Shown piece after piece: positions 1 to 13,830 of a stretch of DNA of 64,000 nucleotides (positions are counted from its first letter, which is position 1; every line of letters begins with the position of its first letter). A program made the position numbers and the translations under genes. Source of the DNA: Octopus bimaculoides (lineage: Eukaryota). The notes beneath the pieces were generated by a model, which ran no database searches, was not told the DNA's origin, and worked only from the letters and a program-made list of their open reading frames with translations. Location of the stretch: contig NC_068990.1 in NCBI RefSeq assembly GCF_001194135.2, positions 5,826,157 to 5,890,156 on the forward strand. The letters are read 5' to 3'.

Positions 1-386
1 TGTTGTGGTGGTGGTGGTAGTGGTGATAATGATGGTTGTGGTTGTGGTGGTAGTGGTGATAGTGATGGTTGTGGTGGTGGTGGTAGTGGTGATAGTGATG
101 GTTGTGGTGGTGGTGATGATGGTGTGATGGCAGTTGCTGTTGCTGCTAGTGATGCTGTTGCTGCTGCTGATGAAGATGACGAGGAGGACGACGATGATGA
201 TGATAACGATGATGATGATGATGATGACAACGACACGACGACGACGATGAGGATGAATACGATGACGATGATGATGAGGAGGAGGACTGTGATGACTGTG
301 ATGATGATGATGATGATGACGATGACGACGCGACGACGATGATGATGATAATGATGATGATGATGACAATGATGATGATGATGACA

Positions 387-466
<80 letters not shown>
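1..466. repeat. (GGT)n/(GAT)n trinucleotide microsatellite
   Basis: Direct inspection; explains the D/M/T-rich ORF 124..342. Confidence 0.95.
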
Positions 467-467
<1 letters not shown>

Positions 468-622
468 GCGTTGACTGATTTTTCCGCTTCTGCATCGGAG
501 ATATGACTGAATAAAAAGAAAAATGAAATGAAAAGTTATGTCTTCATTACTTACACACCTGTGTGCGTGCGTGCGTGCGTGTGTGTATGCGTGAGTGTTG
601 TGTATATCACTCTATTTTGTCT

Positions 623-663
<41 letters not shown>

Positions 664-1059
664 TATGTTGCACAGGAACCAAGAATATAACTGGTAACTT
701 CGATATTGATAGAAAATGATAAAGAGTAAAACAAACAAAAAAAATGTTTTTCAATTTGAACTCAATACATAAATATATCTTTAATTCGAATTTAAATTTC
801 ATTTCTTTAGCCCCCACCCACTCTCCAGGTTTCGATGTGAATTAAATTTGTTTAAATAAACGTCACAGTCTGAAATTAGTAATTAAACTAATTATGATTT
901 ATAAAAATAGGCCGAGAGCAAAACATCGCAAAAATTACCGATAATTAACTACAATTAATTGATACAACCTTAAGCAGAATATTTTTTGTAGTAAAAGGTA
1001 AAGAACGCAAAACGAACTGGAATCCAGTTTTGTTTCTATCCATAATGTTTCTATCCTCA

Positions 1060-1590
1060 ACCTCTAATAAAGAATATAGGCATAAAGACAGAAATTTGGA
1101 GGAGGGATTAGTTGATACCATCGAATTGACTGGTACTTGATACCATCAACCTCAAAGGGATGAAAGCCAAAGTTGACCTCGGCAGGATTTGAACTGTGAA
1201 CATAAACAGTCAGGGCAAATACCAAAGTCATTTTGTCAGAAACTCTAACGTCTCTGTTAATTCACCTTCATTAATAATTACTTTTAACAAGACTTGAAAT
1301 CTTGAGGTAGAGTGTAGAACGATGAAACTGGGCCCAGTACTTGACGATTATTTCATTTTATCGTTCCGAGAGGAATGGAAGGCAAAGTTGACCTGTTTGC
1401 AATTTGAACTCAGAAAGTAAAGATCCGGAAGAAATATTTCAAGATATTTTGTCTAACACTATAACTATTCTGTCAATCTATCGCTCAAAAGAATGACGAT
1501 AGTTTATGATTTAGGAACAATGATAGAAATGTCAAAGGGATAAATCGATAAGGTTAATTTTTATCGAACTCAGAGGAACGAAAGGCGAGT
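1060..1590 (-). mobile_element. Stack of about 3-4 diverged tRNA-derived SINE copies (Nin/Deu-type core), minus strand
   Basis: Repeated reverse-complement motifs such as AAAGTTGACCTCGGCAGGATTTGAACT and GGCAAAGTTGACC..TTTGAACTCAGA, matching the plus-strand SINEs at 17.3-18.9 kb. Confidence 0.7.
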
Positions 1591-1619
1591 TCATATCTCG
1601 GTGAGATATGCCATCTACC

Positions 1620-2620
1620 CATATAACTTGCTCAAGCTACAGGCGCATGCTCACAGTAGGTTTTGTGCATTCAAACCGTACTTGCCATTCTCATTTACCT
1701 TCCAACTAATTTGCTGGTAAAGCTAATCTGACAAAATGCGACCACACTTGCTCACCGCCATGAAGTCGCTGCAGATGTTGCGGTCTCAGCGCAAGTCTGC
1801 GTACATCAGCAGCAGAATATTCAATCCTCCCCCTCCCAGGGGATATTTATAACAAAAGGGACGCCCAACCAGTGGAAGTTGTCACTTTCACAAGAAGTGG
1901 AAAAACAGGGGCACAATACTGGTCAGGCGTGAAATGGTGTTAGGTACGATGGGCAGGCGGTAATGTAAGACGGGGACAATGCAAACGTTTACCAATTTTG
2001 CGGGTCTTTTAAGGAATAATTTTCTCTCGGACAACTTTTAGTGACATTAATTACCATGCACGCCACCAAATACCAGTTCTTCTCCAGTTTGAGATCTGAG
2101 ACAAACCAGAGCTCGAGCAATTTAACTAGTCCTTCTGTTCAGCGTCTCACTACGCCTTTCGACATATTGAACCTCCCTCTCCAGGTGTCGAGCTGTAGGA
2201 CCACTGACTTTACTTTGTTGAAGTTTGCTCCTGTCTCAGCCTTGTACTCTCTTAGAGCAGTGCTGGTGACTTGTCTATACTTGGCATCAGACACTATTAT
2301 CGAAACACCGTTCGCGTATGCTGGCATGGTCCTCCCCATGTCCTACTACGCGAGGGTCACTCCTTAACGTCTTCAGTTTCACGACCCACAGCAGATGCGA
2401 TAGAGGAATATCTTCACACACGAAACGCATAATACTGAAGCGCTACGATAGGTGACCATTCACTCGAACCACCGATCAGATGTACACTGTGACAGTCTAA
2501 CCACGAAGACGAGACTGAAATCTCCCATGTCACATTGTTAACATTTACGGCTTTCGTCCCCACATATCTTAGAGCACCAGCTTTAGCCCTGACGACGCGG
2601 CATTTGTTCGTATTTTTACG
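1620..2620 (-). mobile_element. Decayed L1/Tx1-clade LINE, 3' part of ORF2 (reverse transcriptase to C-terminus)
   Basis: Minus-strand translations: SVVRVNGHLS*RFSIMRFVCEDIPL (decayed RT motif B, cf. VRQGCPLS); AYANGVSIIVSD (decayed YADD); KSVVLQLDTWRG..TEGLVKLLELWFVSDLKLEKNW; terminal ..TVSMRL*. Many stops and frameshifts. Confidence 0.8.
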
Positions 2621-2635
2621 TATTCAAATATAAGT

Positions 2636-2894
2636 ATTCATACCCATGTATGCATCTGTGTGTATATATATATATGTGTGTGTGTGTGTGTATGTGTGTG
2701 TGTGTGTGTGCGTGCGTGTGTGTGTCTATGTGTCTGTGTGTCTGTGTCTATGTATGCATATATATATATATATACATACAGATATATAAGCAAATATATA
2801 TATGTGCATATATATATATACATAAATATACATATATATATGCGTATGTGTGTGTACTTATGTATGTATGTATGTGTGTATGTATGTATGTATG

Positions 2895-2944
<50 letters not shown>

Positions 2945-2945
2945 T
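2636..2945. repeat. Compound (TG)n/(TA)n/(TATG)n/(GATA)n microsatellite
   Basis: Direct inspection. Confidence 0.95.
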
Positions 2946-4379
2946 ACAATTGGACTCTTGTCTGTTGATAGAAAAAGCATTTTTGCGCAGGCCTTTGCAT
3001 GACGCATAATTAATCCTTGAGTATCGTCTCTAATTACCACCAATAGAACATCATAAAACGTATCTTCTAAATACATCATAAATGTTGTCTTAATATTCCA
3101 CTTTTTCACATAAAATTTGGGTTACATACACAGGCAAATACCGTATAAAAGCCCCCACATACACACACACACATATATATAATCACATTTTCACATTTTC
3201 TAATATATATATAAAGAAAATATACAAATCCACATACATACCAATACAAGCAGATTTGTGTTTATATTTGAGTATGCATGTATATATAATACTGTGTGTG
3301 CATGTGGGCATGTGTATGTTTGTATGTGTGTGAACATGTGTATGTGTCTGTGTGTGTGATATTCTTCCTCTGCTGTTTAATTGCTTTTCACTGCGTTTTT
3401 ACTTTAATTAAATACACACACACACACAGAGGCACACACACACAGAGGCACACACACACAGAGGCACACACACATACACACAAGCGCATTCAAATGCACA
3501 CGCATGCATATATATATATATATAATTATATTATATTATATTATATGTGTGTGTACCTATGCATGTATGTATATGCGTGTATTTGCTTGCATTTACGAAT
3601 GTATATGTGTACGTAAACATATGTATGTGTCTACAATATATGTGTATGTAATGTCCAAATGATGAAAATGAAAGGAAAAATAAAAATAATGTTATGCAAC
3701 AGTGTCTTCTTGTTGAAAGGGGAACATTCTGTTAAAAAATCAATAATCAATTATTTCAACATGCCATTTAATCATCTGTTCTGCTCTCTAAATCATGTAT
3801 TCAATCACTTCCTATAGATTGTTGTTACTATTATACATATTTTTTCTCTTATTATATATATATATTTTATTACTGTTATTTTTTTTTCTCTATTGTTGTC
3901 TTCTTTCAAGAGTTCATCATCCATCAAAGTTTTCCTATAACACTGATACAATCCGGTAATTTCATGATGATTGCTTGTTTTGATTCATTACTTTTTCTCT
4001 GTATTTCTTACTTTTTTTTCTTCATTAATCTCTGCTATGCTTTTTATCTGTTTGTCTGTTAGTTTGTTTGTTTGTTTTTTTGTTGTTGTTTTGGGTTTTT
4101 TTTTTGTTCTTGCTTTTTTTCTCCCTTTTTGTATGGATTAAGTCCGAGGTATTTTACGACCAATACATCACACTCTGATAAATTCTTTTAATTTTAGTAC
4201 CTTCTTAGTTTCTTCCCTCCTTTTTTTCTCTTATCTTATAAGAACTATCGTTGGAATTAAAGTGAACATGAAAGGAAAAATTCATCAATTAATTCCAATT
4301 TTAAAAGAATAAACAGTACTCGCTTCATTGATTCCTGCTTCCTTTTGATAATCACTCGCTATTACATATTTCTGTTTTC

Positions 4380-4728
4380 CTTTGTTTTCTTTGGGGTTTT
4401 TTTCAAAGATGTATGTTCAGGTTTTTATGGGGATTATTGCTCTTTTCAATCCCCACATTCTAGTTATCTCTCTTCCCAGATCTTCATACTTCAATAGTTT
4501 CTGTGATTCTTTTAGAGATATAACTTCGCCCGTTGAGGAGACAATATCTGGTCGATTTTCTTTAATCGCGTCGTCTGTATGGTTTGACATGTCCCAAAGT
4601 ATAATTAATTTCCTGCTTTCTGAGATACTACGTGGTATATATATTTGTACATATAGGTATTTCATAATGCCAGAGCATAATTTCCACTGCATAAAAGCTC
4701 TACTTGTGTAATAGCTGTAGATAGATAG

Positions 4729-4775
<47 letters not shown>

Positions 4776-5183
4776 GACGGATGGGTGGACGGACAGCGAG
4801 ACAGACAGACAGGCAGACAGACAGGCAAACAGACAGGCAGACAGCCAGGCAGACGGCCAGGCAGACGGCCAGGAAGACAGCCAGGCAGACAGCCAGGCAG
4901 ACAGCCAGGCAGACAGCCAGGCAGACAGCCAGGCAGACAGCCAGGCAGACAGCCAGGCAGACAGCCAAGCACACTGCCAGGCACACTGCCCGGCAGACAG
5001 CCAGGCAGACAGACAGACGGACGGACGGGCAGCTAGAGAGACAGCCTGGCATGCAAGCTGGCAGGCAGACAGACAGACAGACAGATAGATACATACATAC
5101 ATACATACATACATACATACATACGTACATACATATATACATACATAAATAGATAGACGGACGGACGGACAGACAGACAGGCC

Positions 5184-5234
<51 letters not shown>

Positions 5235-5900
5235 GCATCTATATATGTGTGGCTTTTACTATTTTCTGTTTTGGCTAAGATTGTTCGACCAGGAAACAAT
5301 GTAATCGATTCTTCTTTCATATCCTTCATATATTCTGGGGTTACATTGTATATTCTATTTCATTATATGCCTCTGGTAGTCATTGGTTGGACGGCTGCGA
5401 CAATATAAAAAAAGAAAACTATTCTTTCTTAGCTTCGAGTCCTTCATTTAACAGCTTCTGCTATGTCCTTTACACACTATCGCTTTGATCTGTCTTGTTA
5501 GATATTGGCTATGTAAAGTCTTTTCATGCCAACGGCAAAGTAGAATATTTTCCAATATCTTTGGTTTCTGTTTAGTTTTCAGCAATTTTTTTATTTTTTA
5601 TATTTTCTGTTATTTGTCAACTTTCATTTCGGCTGTATTTTACCTCAGCCTCTGTTCTATATAGGCTGGATTACTTGAAGAAAGAAACCCACGTTTCATC
5701 CATACGACGATGTTCTCCCCGCACTATTCGTGGGAGGAACCGTCTTTTTGTTGTTTTTATTTTGTAGGTGTTTTTATTAGTTCTTCTTTATTCTTTACTT
5801 AATGTTTTTGTAGTCTTAAAGTAGTTTATTTTAAGAAGATCCCTGTATTCACGGCAGTATTTAATCTATCTGAGTCAGACTTTGAATGGTGTATATTCTA
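4380..5900 (-). mobile_element. Decayed R4/Dong-clade non-LTR retrotransposon fragments interrupted by a microsatellite
   Basis: 4417-4700 translates QWKLC..IILWDMSNHTDDAIKENRPDIV..EKLLKYEDL-like..REITRMWGLKRAIIPI (restriction-like endonuclease domain: WD..TD..I..NRPDI). 5240-5340 gives a weak RT-start-like segment (PEYMKD..TILAKTENSK). Confidence 0.7.
4716..5236. repeat. Compound (GA)n/(GACA)n/(CATA)n/(GATA)n repeat containing a 12-bp unit array (CAGACAGCCAGG) at about 4835-5010
   Basis: Direct inspection; explains the RQTA/CLAV ORFs. Confidence 0.95.
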
Positions 5901-6064
5901 AAGCGAGACAGTCATTAATTTATCTTGCTTTTTTTTTTCTGACGGGTTTTACTCTTCTTTTAAAATCTACACGATAATATCATAACTATAACTTACTAAA
6001 ACAGAATATAAATATCTATAATCTTATGTTTAAAATTTATTTTTTCAAAGTTAATATAAATAGT

Positions 6065-6478
6065 CACAGACGTAGCTGTGTGGTAAGACGTTTGCTTCCC
6101 AACCACAAGGTTCTGAGTTCATTCCTATTGCGTAGCACTTGGGGCGACTGTCTTCAACTATAACCTTGGGCCAACCAAAGCCTCGTGAGTGGATTTGGTA
6201 GACGGAAACTGAAGGAAGCCCGTCGTGCATATATATATTTATCTGTATATGTACGTGTCTCTTTGTGTCTGTGTTTGTCCCCACTTCACTGCATGACAAC
6301 CTATGTTGGTGTGTTTACATCCCCTTTGCGATTCAGCAAAATACACTAATAGAATAAGTACCAGGCTTTAAAAAACAATAAGTACTGGGGTCGATTGTTT
6401 CGACTAAAACCCTTCAAGACACTGCTCCAGCATGACCACAGTCAAATGTGACTGAAACAAGTAAAAGAATAAAAGGAT
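6065..6478 (+). mobile_element. tRNA-derived CORE-type SINE, near full length
   Basis: tRNA-like head (GCTGTGTGGTAAG..GCTTCCCAACCAC..GTTC), CORE-like GCACTTGGGGCGACTGTCTT, body GAGTGGATTTGGTAGACGGAAACTGAA, tail GCTCCAGCATGACCACAGTC..CTGAAACAAGTAAAAGAATAAAA; homologous to copies at 15.6, 47.3 and 61.3 kb. Confidence 0.85.
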
Positions 6479-9400
6479 AGATCATTTATTTATTTCGTAC
6501 ATTTTCTTTCATTTGTGTATGATGTACTTTGCTAATTTATTAAATCCTTGCTGTTTGTGTTTGTCTAAATCTTATATATTTGATCCTTTATCTAACATTA
6601 TCTTCGCTACCTATTGTACAACTATAGGAGATTCTACAGTATAGCTTCACATCTGGAAGTTGAATTTCCCAAGTGATATCCATTATCTGCAATATTATTG
6701 CAGTTAAGGCTTTGCATACAAATAGGAAGCAGGTTATGAGTCCGGGCCTTGGCAAATCCATGTTTCTGTAGTCCGTACTTCTATGATATAATCTCCTATT
6801 GGTGAGCCGTTCAGGCTCTTTCTATTTCTTCGTATTACATGTACAATTCCAAGTATACATACTCAAATTTGCACTGATTAATATGGTATCCAGCAGAAAA
6901 AGATGTGGTGATTTGATTATTGTTTGTTAGTGTACATGATGGATACTCGACAAAATCAGTAAAATTTGAACGGTTTTAATACCTTAAATAAACATATAAC
7001 CACATATAATCGCTAATATTTTCATCATTTGTCAATTTTCTTCGTTGGTATTTAATAGATATGTCGTTGCTATCGTCCTAGTTGGTCTTGTTGTCCTTTA
7101 GCCCTAGGTTAGCCTTAATTCTGAAACACTGTTCAAAGACAACCCTGTTGTGATCATCACATCTATTTATATATCAGTGATTTTCAAGTGTATCTTTCTG
7201 TATTCAAGACAGCAGGGTACAATTTAAAGGAGATTTTGCACAAAGGTTTCCGCTTTGTTTGTATTCAACCGATATCAATTAATAGGTATATTATAATACA
7301 CACACCTATAGACACAAACGCTATCCATATCTTTCACTCAAATATAAAATAGGTCATTCTGAAGCAATTCTTGAGTTGTCGTACCGAAATCAATTTATGC
7401 TTTGTCAACTTTCTTTACAAGCCAAAACCTTCACTTTCTAACGAATATGTGCACAGTACTAAGACACTAAGACACGTTACTCTTGTCTTTAATAGAATTA
7501 TCAAACTCCCAGTGGTGATCTATGGGACGCAAAATCAAGAGTTCAAAACAAACTACAGGACATTTATGAACAGGCGATCAAATTATCACTTCCAGTAGAA
7601 CATTTTATTCTCGCTCACCTCGTTGTAGTTGCTATAACACATATATCTTATATATTACAGTATTTTAATGACAAGTTCGAGCAGTTTGCATTCTCTAGTG
7701 AACCATAAATCACCTTCATGATAAATCAGTAAAGAATATACAGAATACGCAGAAGAATGTGCAACAAATATTAAGTTCCCGAGACTTCATAAGATTTTAC
7801 AAACTTGCCAAAAAAAATCTGAGAGAAAAATGACCACCAAGCAAAAGGCCACTTACTAGACATCCGTTATATTTAGACTACGTTAGCAGTCAACTCCTGC
7901 TCACAGAAACGGAGACATTTTTCAAATATATGTATCTCTTTAATGTTCCCGTTTTTTCTTTAATCTTTGTCTTCTTTAGAATAGCAAAGGTTTTGGATAT
8001 TAGAACATTCCATTCGATTGGCAATACTTATCCAAATTCTGGATCATAAATCACTCTGCAAAGAAAACAGATAAACTTTTAGCTGACTGAACTATATTTG
8101 AAGCTGATAACATTTTATCAATGAATACACAATACAATAATTCAATTTTGCTGTGTGTGTGTGTGTGTGTGCGCGTGCTCTTATGTATGCCAATACGCAT
8201 ATATATTTATATATATATACACAGAGAGAGAGAAAGAATGAGAGAGAGGGGAGTTGCACACGTATATACATATATATTTATAACTACATACAGACATATA
8301 CACATTCACTTTTATATATATAAATATATGTATATATAAAATGGTAAGTGTGTGTGTGTGTTCCATGTTGTTCATTGTCTATGGTAATGCAAAAGGTGAA
8401 CCACGAGTAGAGTGAATTTAACTTGTTTCAGTTTACTTAATTTATAGTTCTACTCGTAATGCACCTGCTGTTGGTGCTGTTACTACTACTGCTGCTGTTG
8501 ATACTACCACTGCTGTGCTGTTGTTGCTTCCGTTTGTGTTATAGTGGCTGTTATTATTTTTGTTGTTGATTATACCCAAGTCTGTGTTGCTCCGTCTGTG
8601 GCTAAAGACCTTATAACTCTGATAATCCGGCACTTTTTCCTCTTTCTTTTACTGTCAAGTATTCCAGACTACATTATTCAAAGTATACTTCGCTTTATAG
8701 GACAGTGTGATATTCATTTATCGTATAAGTGATACTGGACAGATTTTCAATGATACATATACAGTATTTCTCAAAGACACAGTCTACCTACTGGCAAAAA
8801 CTACCGAGAGAAACTTGTCTTGCCATTGTAAAAATCGAAGACTTTACGAGATAATGTAAACGGTTTTCATTAACTTGCATTGATGGACACTTCATTTCAC
8901 ATTGCTCCATCCACTCAAATGAGTAACCCTGCGACGGGTTGGAGTCCCACCCAAAGAGGAATATATATGCCAGAGAAACCCAGAAACCGGCTTTATGCTC
9001 CTTACGGAGTAATATGGGCTAACCATGTCACGATGATTTGGAGTAGTTTCTTACATTTGGCGCAAGTCGGAAATCCTGGTACCGTGCCCGCTTCTTAGTA
9101 TTCTGTCTGATAATATTTTATAAGCTTAAAGCTCACAAGCTGTATCGGCCCAGGTTGGAGGCCTCTCCTGTGGCTAAACAACAGTGGGGAGGAGAGTGGA
9201 AAATATTTGTGTGCATGGGTAACTGCTCGTCTTCAATAACTCTAAATTAGGCCTGCGCATACATGTGCAGACGCATGGTGAACATTGACCATGAGGGTTT
9301 TTATCACGTGATGCTAATCTACAGCTCGACGCATTGGAACGTTCGAGACGTAATTATCATTGGCATCAAAAACATCTTTCAAGAAAACAATATAAACCGC

Positions 9401-10097
9401 TAATGTCTCCGTTCGTATTTCAGCGTCATGAATAGAAACAGATGTAAATTTCAATACTAAAACTACTTTTTTGTGTTAGTATTCATGAAATTCATTATAT
9501 TTCCATATTTAATTAATGTGTATTAATAACATAGTAATCAATAAGAAAACATTTCTGATAATAGTTTGGTCTAATTAGCTCATTTTTAATTAATTGTTAC
9601 CCTTACACACTTTCTCATTATTTCTACATAATACGGCTCATCAGGTTTCCTTTTGCCTGAATACGAGAACGCTGACGTAGAGGAGAATAAATAGAGAAAC
9701 AATTCCACTAAAATGACACATTGTCCCAAATAATTACGGAGCTGTCTGTCAATGTCCACAGGTCTATTAAAATCAGACTTGGCATACAGCAGACTCACAT
9801 TGCCGTTTTAATTCCATTCGAAATTACCGATTTTTCAATTAACATGCAGATGTATAGTCTTTTGCACAAAATTCTGGGAACTCTAGAATTTTCTTCACAC
9901 AAAAAGCTATCAGTAAAATATAGATTCTGTCTCTCACCATCTCCCTCCTTCTCTCACCTTATCTCCCTTCTCTCTCCCTCTTCCAACTTCTCTCCCCTTT
10001 CTCTCTCCCTCTCCCCTCTCCCCTCTCACTCTCAGCCTTCTTTCTCGCTATACTTACCTATCAGTATTAATCACTTCTTTTTCTCTCTCTGCACTTT

Positions 10098-10646
10098 NNN
10101 NNNNNNNNNNNNNNNNNNNNNNNNNNNNNNNNNNNNNNNNNNNNNNNNNNNNNNNNNNNNNNNNNNNNNNNNNNNNNNNNNNNNNNNNNNNNNNNNNNNN
10201 NNNNNNNNNNNNNNNNNNNNNNNNNNNNNNNNNNNNNNNNNNNNNNNNNNNNNNNNNNNNNNNNNNNNNNNNNNNNNNNNNNNNNNNNNNNNNNNNNNNN
10301 NNNNNNNNNNNNNNNNNNNNNNNNNNNNNNNNNNNNNNNNNNNNNNNNNNNNNNNNNNNNNNNNNNNNNNNNNNNNNNNNNNNNNNNNNNNNNNNNNNNN
10401 NNNNNNNNNNNNNNNNNNNNNNNNNNNNNNNNNNNNNNNNNNNNNNNNNNNNNNNNNNNNNNNNNNNNNNNNNNNNNNNNNNNNNNNNNNNNNNNNNNNN
10501 NNNNNNNNNNNNNNNNNNNNNNNNNNNNNNNNNNNNNNNNNNNNNNNNNNNNNNNNNNNNNNNNNNNNNNNNNNNNNNNNNNNNNNNNNNNNNNNNNNNN
10601 NNNNNNNNNNNNNNNNNNNNNNNNNNNNNNNNNNNNNNNNNNNNNN
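10098..10646. other. Assembly gap (other N runs: 12191-12646, 13079-13249, 15497-15564, 23546-23561, 36188-37102, 43096-43156, 49657-49981, 50598-50607)
   Basis: N runs, almost all flanked by (TA)n/(CA)n or other tandem repeats. Confidence 0.99.
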
Positions 10647-10691
<45 letters not shown>

Positions 10692-10913
10692 GTATGTGTA
10701 AATATATATATATATATATACATATATATAATGCATATACATACAAATATATGCACATATATTGTACAGAGGTTGTGTTTGTGTATACTTACGTATATCT
10801 ATATGCATAGTTAAATATGTGTATACTTGCACGCATATATATATATGTATGTATATGTGCATGTACATATATACATAAATATGTATATATATGTATATAT
10901 GCATGTATACATA

Positions 10914-10958
<45 letters not shown>

Positions 10959-10984
10959 GCAGAGAATGAGGGATATACATCTAC

Positions 10985-11015
<31 letters not shown>

Positions 11016-11364
11016 TATATGTATGTATGTGCACTTTTTGATCATCTTCTATATAAAAACAGTTAATTGGAAAAATTACATTGTTTCCTTTTGTTTTGGA
11101 ACCAATTTTCTCATAATGAGATTCTTTGGTACCAATATATAAATATTTATACAATTCTGTTGCTGTTATAGGATTTCAAATAATACTTTTTATTCTCCAT
11201 CTCCATTCTTTTTTCCCCTCTGAAATTTGAAGTATAAATTATAGACAATTATATCATAGCAATTTATTTTTACTGATAATATTATTGTTTCAGCAGGGTT
11301 ATTTTTATTACATGTTTTCACTGCACAGTCGCGTAAATTCCTATAGTTCGTATGACCCATAATA

Positions 11365-11368
11365 GCTG

Positions 11369-11402
<34 letters not shown>

Positions 11403-11665
11403 GGTGATGGTGGTGGTAGTGGTGGTGGTGGTTTTGGTGATGGTGTTGGTGGTGCTTGTGGTGCTGGTGGTAGTACTGGTGATGGTTATGATGAGGAGGG
11501 GAGTATTAATGGGGAAATTGATTCTGATGATGATGACGACGATGATGATGATGATGATGATGACGACATACACGATGATGACGATGATAATATGATGATG
11601 ATGATGATTATGATGATGATGACAAGTACGACGTTGACAATAATGATGATGATGATGATGACGAA
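11365..11665. repeat. (GAT)n/(GGT)n trinucleotide repeat
   Basis: Direct inspection. Confidence 0.95.
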
Positions 11666-12105
11666 GTGTTCTCCACCGCTGTCGACGAATAACATTCAGT
11701 TCGATCAACTGAGGTACGTACTCACTAAATTAACATGTATGTAATTGAGTACTCCACGTATACGTGTACTCTCACATAAGGTAATCCTGTAAACGAAACA
11801 TAAAGATACAGTAAGGGGACAAGATTGGATCGTTAGACCCCAGGTAGGATCTATCTGATAGACTTCTTAACCGTTTCTGTCTACTCGACTCTATTTTATT
11901 CTCAAGGCGGCGTCGGAAGTAGACATGACAAAGTGACTGAGAAGTTCGCTTGGAAATTATGATGTCGTCTGTTGAAACACACCACGTGACATCAGCATCT
12001 TACCATAGCTTCGATCTCGCTCACTAATACACACACACGTACACACATACACGAACATACGCAAATTCTCTCCCCCTCTATGTGTGTGTGTGTGTGTGTG
12101 TGTGC

Positions 12106-12142
<37 letters not shown>

Positions 12143-12646
12143 TGTGCGTGCGCGTGTGTGTGCGTGTGTATATATATATATATATATATANNNNNNNNNN
12201 NNNNNNNNNNNNNNNNNNNNNNNNNNNNNNNNNNNNNNNNNNNNNNNNNNNNNNNNNNNNNNNNNNNNNNNNNNNNNNNNNNNNNNNNNNNNNNNNNNNN
12301 NNNNNNNNNNNNNNNNNNNNNNNNNNNNNNNNNNNNNNNNNNNNNNNNNNNNNNNNNNNNNNNNNNNNNNNNNNNNNNNNNNNNNNNNNNNNNNNNNNNN
12401 NNNNNNNNNNNNNNNNNNNNNNNNNNNNNNNNNNNNNNNNNNNNNNNNNNNNNNNNNNNNNNNNNNNNNNNNNNNNNNNNNNNNNNNNNNNNNNNNNNNN
12501 NNNNNNNNNNNNNNNNNNNNNNNNNNNNNNNNNNNNNNNNNNNNNNNNNNNNNNNNNNNNNNNNNNNNNNNNNNNNNNNNNNNNNNNNNNNNNNNNNNNN
12601 NNNNNNNNNNNNNNNNNNNNNNNNNNNNNNNNNNNNNNNNNNNNNN

Positions 12647-12699
<53 letters not shown>

Positions 12700-12719
12700 T
12701 ATATGATGATGAGTATTAT

Positions 12720-12978
12720 GATGATGGTGATGATGAATGATTGTAGTCTTCCGAAAAATACAGTTCTGAGATTTCATGCTGAACAGTGTGCACAAATATT
12801 TTGTTAACAGTGACGTAATGGTTGGGCTGTGCATTAGCTGACTCCCTTCATCAATCTGACGTAGGCTGAATAGGTGTACCACACACCAAATGATGTTGTG
12901 ATCGCATAGTAGTGGGGGAGGGGCTGAAGTGTTTTGCTCAAGAACACAGTGTACCATTCTAACACAAGGCCATGCACT
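12720..12978 (-). mobile_element. tRNA-derived CORE-type SINE (second subfamily), partial
   Basis: Reverse complement GTGCATGGCC..GTGTTCTTGAGCAAAACACTT matches the heads at 50650 and 59050. Confidence 0.6.
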
Positions 12979-13028
12979 ATCACACACGCACACACACACA
13001 CACACACACATACATACATACACACACA

Positions 13029-13078
<50 letters not shown>

Positions 13079-13249
13079 NNNNNNNNNNNNNNNNNNNNNN
13101 NNNNNNNNNNNNNNNNNNNNNNNNNNNNNNNNNNNNNNNNNNNNNNNNNNNNNNNNNNNNNNNNNNNNNNNNNNNNNNNNNNNNNNNNNNNNNNNNNNNN
13201 NNNNNNNNNNNNNNNNNNNNNNNNNNNNNNNNNNNNNNNNNNNNNNNNN

Positions 13250-13830
13250 TTTGTATTGTCGCACGTCGGAAGAATCATAACAGATATTTCTATAAATACA
13301 TACAATACACAGCGGCTTCTGTTTGTCTCTATTTCTCATTTCTTTCTGAAAAACACTAGTATCAGCAGAATAGTTTGCCACTTATGCCTGAAATATTCAA
13401 AACGTCTGCCTATTGTGCGTCTTTTCCAACGGTTAATATCTTCTGGATCCATGTGAAGTGAACACCATCACACGCATGTTCAGCATTCTATGTTCAGAGC
13501 TTTCATCTCCAACGGTTATGGTTTTGTTGATCAGTAATTTATCTTTACAGCCATATGCAGATCCTTTGCAAGTTTTCTTTCCGCTTTCCTGAAAATAAAT
13601 TGTTTATTTTTCTAGATAATTATTATTTTATCTTTTCAGTTACCACCAGTGGAAGTATCCTGCAGGATTTCGTGAGTTTCTGGGAAAATATTGGATTACA
13701 TTCTGAATTGTTTTTGCGTTTATGTGTGAATGTGCTGGTCTTGTATGGCCCTTTCTCATATTTTCTATCGTTTACGGGTGAGGATAGGAATTTTACATTT
13801 CGAAACGAAGCTTATTTTGCTGTCAGGTGA
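13250..13830 (-). mobile_element. Decayed R4/Dong-type reverse transcriptase fragment
   Basis: Minus translations KGSAYGCKDKLLINKTI (cf. the GCKDQLLINK motif of R4/Dong RT) and upstream STFTHK..NPIF; many stops. Confidence 0.55.

Noticed and set aside
4417-5238. 273-aa CLAV-repeat ORF and the overlapping RQTA/QADS ORFs
   Set aside because: Translations of a 12-bp minisatellite; only the terminal ~80 aa are a LINE remnant.
6065-6130. tRNA-like sequences (also 15580, 50650, 59050, 61300) as tRNA genes
   Set aside because: No complete cloverleaf or acceptor stem; they continue into SINE bodies.
7371-7598. PVVIYGTQNQEFK as a GPCR TM7/helix-8 segment
   Set aside because: No NPxxY motif and no upstream transmembrane helices with proper spacing.
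9600-9650. Minus-strand CTGATGA..GAAA as a hammerhead
   Set aside because: Stem II does not close between the core and GAAA, and stems I and III are absent.
9721-13456. Long ORFs of 200-437 aa here and at 36018-37273 and 49589-50311
   Set aside because: They are open only because they cross N gaps and dinucleotide repeats.
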